From an uncultured Chitinophagaceae bacterium (GTDB lineage: Bacteria; Bacteroidota; Bacteroidia; Chitinophagales; Chitinophagaceae), in contig CAYRJR010000002.1 of assembly GCA_964424655.1 (NCBI GenBank), positions 1-36,682 on the forward strand: a stretch of 36,682 nucleotides of DNA, in the 5' to 3' direction. The notes under the pieces were generated by a model, which worked only from the letters and a program-made list of their open reading frames with translations, did no database searches and was not told where the DNA came from. The stretch's first letter is position 1. The number at the start of each line of letters is the position of its first letter. Positions 31,972 through 36,682 of the stretch are shown here, piece by piece. Position numbers and translations under genes: made by a program.

Positions 31972-33840
31972 GTGTTTGAGAAATTTGATGTAATTGTTGT
32001 CGGTGGAGGACATGCTGGCTGCGAAGCTGCACATGCCGCTGCCCGTATTGGTTCCCGTGTATTACTTATATCGATGAACCTGCAGTATTTGGGTTCAATG
32101 AGTTGCAACCCTGCAATGGGTGGTATCGCTAAAGGACAGATAGTCAGAGAGATAGATGCATTAGGTGGTATGAGCGGTATTATTACTGATAAGAGTACTA
32201 TACAGTTTAGAATGCTCAATAGGAGCAAAGGGCCGGGTATGTGGAGTCCCAGGGCACAGTGTGATCGCTCTCTGTTTTCCAGCTATTGGCGTCAGATCTT
32301 AGAGTCTAACCAGAATGTATTTTTTTGGCAGGATACAGTTCGCGAAATCATTGTTTCACGTGGAACAGTAGAAGGAGTCGTTACACTCTCGGGCCAGAAA
32401 ATCTATGGGAAGTCGGTTATCCTGACTACAGGAACTTTTTTGAATGGTACCATTCATATCGGAAGGAATAACCAAAGTGGCGGTAGAATTGGAGAACAAA
32501 ATGCAAAAGGGCTCACAGAACAGCTTTGTAGTCTTGGTTTTAATTCTGAAAGACTAAAAACAGGTACTCCACCAAGAGTTGATGGTCGCTCTCTTGATTA
32601 TTCAAAGATGGAAGAACAACCAGGTGATGAACAAATAACCGGTTTTTCTTTCCTCCAGAATAAAAAAATTGAAGCTTCGCAACAGCGCTGCTGTTGGATA
32701 ACCTACACAAATACAGCAGTACACGAAACTCTAAAGACTGGTTTTGATGAATCCCCAATGTTTCAGGGAGATATCCATGGCACTGGCCCACGCTATTGCC
32801 CCAGTATCGAAGACAAAATCAATCGCTTTGCAGATAAGTCGCAACATCAACTTTTTGTAGAACCAGAGGGCTGGAATACTGTAGAGGTTTATGTTAACGG
32901 ATTTAGCACCTCTCTACCAGCCAGGGTTCAATTTGAAGCACTCAGGCTGGTTCCTGGCTTTGAGCAATGCGTTTTTTTCAGGCCAGGGTATGCGATTGAA
33001 TATGACTATTTCCCTCCTACACAACTAACTAATACGCTGCAAACCAAAGCGATAGATGGCTTATTTTTAGCCGGGCAAATCAATGGTACTACTGGTTATG
33101 AAGAAGCAGCATGCCAGGGATTAATGGCTGGCATCAATGCTCATAACCTGGTTCATGATAAAGCTCCCTTTACTCTAAGGCGAAACGAGGCTTATATAGG
33201 TGTCCTGATTGACGACTTAATTAGTAAGGGTACCGATGAGCCTTATCGTATGTTTACCAGCAGGGCTGAATATCGAACCTTATTACGCCAGGATAATGCT
33301 GATTTTAGACTAACAAGAATTTCAGCAGAATTGGGTCTTGCTACTTCCGAGCGACTTGATATTCTGGAAAATAAGGTACAATCACTTCAAGAATTACGGG
33401 GATCTCTTACCAAGCATAAGCTAAATCCAGACCAGGTTAATGACTTTTTGATTCAAAAGGAAAGTAACCCGATTTCGGAACGTACCAGTATCGAAAAACT
33501 CCTTTTACGTCCCGGAATACATTTAGGTGAAATGATAGACGCTCTATCTGAAGAAATGATTGCTTATCAAAAATTCGAACAGGAAATCATTGAGCAAGCT
33601 GAAATTCAGACAAAATACGAGACGTATATTCAGAAGGAACATGCCATGGCATTAAGAATGAGCCAGTTAGAAGACCTCTCATTACCTCCTAATCTTGACT
33701 ATTCTTCTATCTCCTCTATTAGCATTGAGGCGCGTCAAAAGCTTTCGACTGTACGACCGACTACTTTAGGCCAGGCTAGCAGGATTAGTGGGGTAAATCC
33801 TTCCGATATCCAAATTCTCATGTTACTCATGGGTCGTTGA
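31972..33840 (+). CDS. mnmG: tRNA uridine 5-carboxymethylaminomethyl modification enzyme MnmG (GidA)
   Basis: A GTG at 31972 gives MFEKFDVIVVGGGHAGCEAAHAAAR, the canonical FAD-binding N-terminus. Also present are GPRYCPSIEDK and QINGTTGYEEAA. There is no in-frame ATG upstream of the GGGHAG motif, so the start must be non-ATG. Confidence 0.93.
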   Translation: MFEKFDVIVVGGGHAGCEAAHAAARIGSRVLLISMNLQYLGSMSCNPAMGGIAKGQIVREIDALGGMSGIITDKSTIQFRMLNRSKGPGMWSPRAQCDRSLFSSYWRQILESNQNVFFWQDTVREIIVSRGTVEGVVTLSGQKIYGKSVILTTGTFLNGTIHIGRNNQSGGRIGEQNAKGLTEQLCSLGFNSERLKTGTPPRVDGRSLDYSKMEEQPGDEQITGFSFLQNKKIEASQQRCCWITYTNTAVHETLKTGFDESPMFQGDIHGTGPRYCPSIEDKINRFADKSQHQLFVEPEGWNTVEVYVNGFSTSLPARVQFEALRLVPGFEQCVFFRPGYAIEYDYFPPTQLTNTLQTKAIDGLFLAGQINGTTGYEEAACQGLMAGINAHNLVHDKAPFTLRRNEAYIGVLIDDLISKGTDEPYRMFTSRAEYRTLLRQDNADFRLTRISAELGLATSERLDILENKVQSLQELRGSLTKHKLNPDQVNDFLIQKESNPISERTSIEKLLLRPGIHLGEMIDALSEEMIAYQKFEQEIIEQAEIQTKYETYIQKEHAMALRMSQLEDLSLPPNLDYSSISSISIEARQKLSTVRPTTLGQASRISGVNPSDIQILMLLMGR

Positions 33841-33841
33841 T

Positions 33842-34306
33842 ATGGATCTTCCTCCAGCTATTATTCGATTTTGCAATTATCAGGAACGCGCTCAGCAAGA
33901 AGTGCGGGATCGTCTATTCCTACTCGGATTTCATCCGGAATCTGTTGAAACGATTATCTCTGAACTAATTGAAGCTGACTTACTCAATGAAGAAAGGTTT
34001 GCGAGAGCTTTTGTTCGTGGTAAATTCAAAATGAAACATTGGGGTAAACAGAAAATCTTACAGGCCCTCAAGCACTATCGTATTTCTGAATACCTTCAGA
34101 AAAAGGCTATTCAGGAAATTGATCCGAACGAATATTTCGATACTGCACTTAGGCTCGCATCTCTTAAATGGCAGCATATCGTTGGTGTATCAAAAAACAA
34201 CCTACAGTCACAGCAAAAGCTCCGTAACTATATGTTACAAAAAGGCTATGAATCCTCACTCATTCGCGAACTGTTGACAATCATACTGACGGAAGCTTCA
34301 AGCTAA
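33842..34306 (+). CDS. recX: regulatory protein RecX
   Basis: 154 aa. CNYQERAQQEVRDRLFLLGF..VETIISELIEADLLNEERFARAFVRGK is the typical RecX repeat architecture. Its ATG lies 1 nt after the mnmG stop codon. Confidence 0.8.
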   Translation: MDLPPAIIRFCNYQERAQQEVRDRLFLLGFHPESVETIISELIEADLLNEERFARAFVRGKFKMKHWGKQKILQALKHYRISEYLQKKAIQEIDPNEYFDTALRLASLKWQHIVGVSKNNLQSQQKLRNYMLQKGYESSLIRELLTIILTEASS

Positions 34307-34337
34307 TTACTACATTAGCCCCCAAAATTTTAGCCGC

Positions 34338-34733
34338 GTGACAGAATCGGTGCAACAAGTAACAGATGGAGTAAGCGTTACCGTAGAGGCCTATTATCAG
34401 CCCAGGCAGAGCAACCCCATCGCTGCTGAATTCTTATTTGCTTACCGCATTACAATTGAAAACCTGAGCACTATGCCCATCAAGTTGCTACGTAGACATT
34501 GGCATATTATGGATAGCAATGGTAGCGTGCGGGAAGTAGAAGGAGATGGTGTTGTGGGACAGCAACCTGTTATTGAACCTGGTGCAAGCCATCAATATGT
34601 TTCAGCTTGCAGCCTCAGAAGTGAAATCGGGAAAATGAGAGGTAGCTATCTGATGGAAAACCTGTACAACAAAAGACTTTTCAAAGTGGTCATCCCGGAA
34701 TTTCAAATGGTTGCCCCTTTCAAGCACAACTGA
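34338..34733 (+). CDS. apaG: ApaG (DUF525) protein
   Basis: VTVEAYYQPRQSNPIAAEFLFAYRITIENLSTMPIKLLRRHWHIMDSNGSVREVEGDGVVGQQPVIEPG is collinear with ApaG. The start is a GTG at 34338, as there is no suitable ATG. Confidence 0.85.
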   Translation: MTESVQQVTDGVSVTVEAYYQPRQSNPIAAEFLFAYRITIENLSTMPIKLLRRHWHIMDSNGSVREVEGDGVVGQQPVIEPGASHQYVSACSLRSEIGKMRGSYLMENLYNKRLFKVVIPEFQMVAPFKHN

Positions 34734-34796
34734 CAGAAGCATAAATCTTATTATTGGGCTGCTGTATAAAATTCATTATCCGTACCTTCGCGCTCC

Positions 34797-34825
34797 CAAA
34801 AAATCGCCCTGTGTGGGCGTTTTTC
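34797..34825 (+). terminator. putative rho-independent terminator
   Basis: aaaaaatCGCCCtgtgtGGGCGtttttc: a 5-bp GC stem followed by a T5 run, between apaG and typA. Confidence 0.5.
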
Positions 34826-34844
34826 TTGCATGGGGAATTAGGAA

Positions 34845-36653
34845 ATGAATCTTAGAAATATTGCCATTATCGCCCACGTTGACCACGGAAAAACTACCCT
34901 GGTTGACAAAATTATTCATGCTACCAAAGTCTTCCGAGACAATCAGGAGACTGGGGAACTAATCATGGACAGCAATGACCTCGAGCGCGAACGAGGTATT
35001 ACTATCCTGGCTAAAAATATCTCAGTCACCTACAATGGGGTTAAGATTAATGTGATTGACACCCCGGGGCACGCTGATTTTGGCGGCGAAGTAGAGCGGG
35101 TTTTGAAAATGGCGGATGGTGTGTTGCTGTTGGTGGACGCCTTCGAAGGCCCAATGCCGCAAACACGTTTCGTACTTCAAAAGGCACTCAATCTTGGACT
35201 GCGCCCCATCGTGGTAATCAACAAAGTGGACAAGCCCAACTGCCGCCCGGATGAAGTCCATGATGCCGTCTTTGAATTGTTCTTCCAGCTCGATGCAACC
35301 GAAGAGCAACTCGATTTCCCAACCCTTTATGGCTCTGCCAAGCAAGGCTGGTACAACACCTCTCTGGAACCAACAGACAATATCAATGCCGTCCTGGACA
35401 TGATCCTGGAAAAGGTTCCGGAACCAATTCAACCCGAAGGGAACCTGCAGCTTCAAATAACCTCACTCGACTACTCTTCTTTCCTGGGCCGGATTGCAAT
35501 TGGGAAGGTGACCCGAGGGATCATCCGCGAAGGACAGAACATCCAGCTCTGTAAGCTTGATGGCACTATGGTGCGCAACAAGGTGAAAGAACTTTATGTC
35601 TTTGAAGGCATGGGCAAGAAGAAGGTTGCCGAAGTATCTGTTGGTGATATCTGTGCGGTTGTTGGCATCGATGATTTCCAGATTGGCGAAACCATTGCCG
35701 ATTTCGAAAACCCGGAAGCATTGCCTGTCATGGCAATTGATGAGCCTACGATGAACATGCAATTTTCCATCAACAACGCTCCGTTCTATGGTCGCGAAGG
35801 CAAGTTTGTAACCTCCAGAAATATCCGCGACCGCCTATATAAAGAGCTTGAAAAAAACCTCGCCTTAAGGGTTCAGGATACGGATGATGCAGATAAGTTC
35901 CTCGTATTTGGACGGGGCATCCTCCACCTCTCCGTGTTGGTAGAAACCATGCGTCGCGAAGGCTACGAGCTTACCGTTGGCCAACCCCAGGTAATCGTGA
36001 AAACAATTGATGGGCACAAGTGTGAGCCTTACGAAACCTTAGTCGTGGATGTGCCCGCCGAATCTTCCGGACGTGTGATTGACCTCGTGACCCAACGCAA
36101 AGGTGAAATGCTGGTGATGGAAACTAAGGGTGAGATGCAACACCTCGAGTTTGATATCCCCAGTAGGGGCATGATTGGCTTGCGCTCCTCAATGCTCACC
36201 GCCACCGCTGGCGAAGCCGTCATGGCGCATCGCTTCCGCGAATACAAACCCTGGAAAGGCCCTATCCCAGGCCGCAATAATGGTGTCCTGATTTCTAAAT
36301 TCACGGGCACTACCACTGCCTACTCCATTGATAAACTTCAAGACCGCGGCCGCTTTTTCGTGGACCCGGGCGAAGAAGTTTATGCAGGCCAGATCCTCGC
36401 AGAACACATAAAACCTGGCGACCTGAACGTAAATGCCATCGAAGGGAAAAAGCTCACCAACATGCGGGCCTCAGGCTCGGATGGTGCTGCCCAAATCACT
36501 CCTAAAACGCAGATGTCGCTAGAGGAATGCATGGAGTATATCCAGCAGGATGAGTGCATCGAACTGACACCCAAAAGCATCCGCTTACGTAAGATTTTGC
36601 TGGACGAAAACGACCGCGTGAAATACCAAAAGATGATGAAGGCCGAAGCCTGA
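34845..36653 (+). CDS. typA: translational GTPase TypA/BipA
   Basis: G motifs [29 protein letters not shown] and NKVDK are present. The protein is full length at about 600 aa and collinear with BipA. Confidence 0.95.
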   Translation: MNLRNIAIIAHVDHGKTTLVDKIIHATKVFRDNQETGELIMDSNDLERERGITILAKNISVTYNGVKINVIDTPGHADFGGEVERVLKMADGVLLLVDAFEGPMPQTRFVLQKALNLGLRPIVVINKVDKPNCRPDEVHDAVFELFFQLDATEEQLDFPTLYGSAKQGWYNTSLEPTDNINAVLDMILEKVPEPIQPEGNLQLQITSLDYSSFLGRIAIGKVTRGIIREGQNIQLCKLDGTMVRNKVKELYVFEGMGKKKVAEVSVGDICAVVGIDDFQIGETIADFENPEALPVMAIDEPTMNMQFSINNAPFYGREGKFVTSRNIRDRLYKELEKNLALRVQDTDDADKFLVFGRGILHLSVLVETMRREGYELTVGQPQVIVKTIDGHKCEPYETLVVDVPAESSGRVIDLVTQRKGEMLVMETKGEMQHLEFDIPSRGMIGLRSSMLTATAGEAVMAHRFREYKPWKGPIPGRNNGVLISKFTGTTTAYSIDKLQDRGRFFVDPGEEVYAGQILAEHIKPGDLNVNAIEGKKLTNMRASGSDGAAQITPKTQMSLEECMEYIQQDECIELTPKSIRLRKILLDENDRVKYQKMMKAEA

Positions 36654-36682
36654 ATCAAACTTTTTTTCTGTCAAAAAGGAAG

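Overview
This is a chromosomal segment from a Bacteroidota-type genome. Supporting signs are two secreted proteins ending in T9SS C-terminal sorting domains, a PorZ-like double-propeller protein and TAnnTTTG-type promoter motifs. GC is roughly 50% and uneven. I call about 33 protein-coding genes, nearly all housekeeping: lysA (3' fragment), thyA, a MOP-family flippase, the transketolase C-subunit, yciH/SUI1, an aminotransferase, manC, recO, a 2060-aa alpha-2-macroglobulin, an LLM oxidoreductase, glnS, ridA, tsaB, an ArsR-like regulator, a PaaY-like LbH protein, a glycosyltransferase, two Tat-signal ferritin-like proteins, a methyltransferase, iaaA, nadA, a PA-domain T9SS cargo, mnmG, recX, apaG and typA. 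I found no rRNA or tRNA gene, CRISPR array, transposase, integrase or recognisable defence or toxin-antitoxin operon. Many ORF-track starts are over-extended, and I re-set them on homology and signal-peptide logic. Four things are worth a second look. (1) An orphan 206-aa ORF (262-882) carries an (L/M)SGC...His signature like the CNF1/BLF1 glutamine-deamidase toxins, at almost the same positions and protein length as BLF1. (2) The 370-bp divergent iaaA/nadA intergenic region is packed with DnaA-box-like and TTCCAC motifs plus a T7A8 tract, at a local gene-strand switch about 3 kb from mnmG, so it is a candidate oriC or DnaA-controlled region. (3) A previously unannotated intergenic repeat family occurs at three loci (4.5, 10.6 and 22.1 kb), and one copy forms a ~200-bp composite palindrome. 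(4) GC drops by roughly 8-10 points across ~29.9-34.7 kb, a stretch that covers core genes. All functional calls come from motif and homology recognition by eye; no searches were run.
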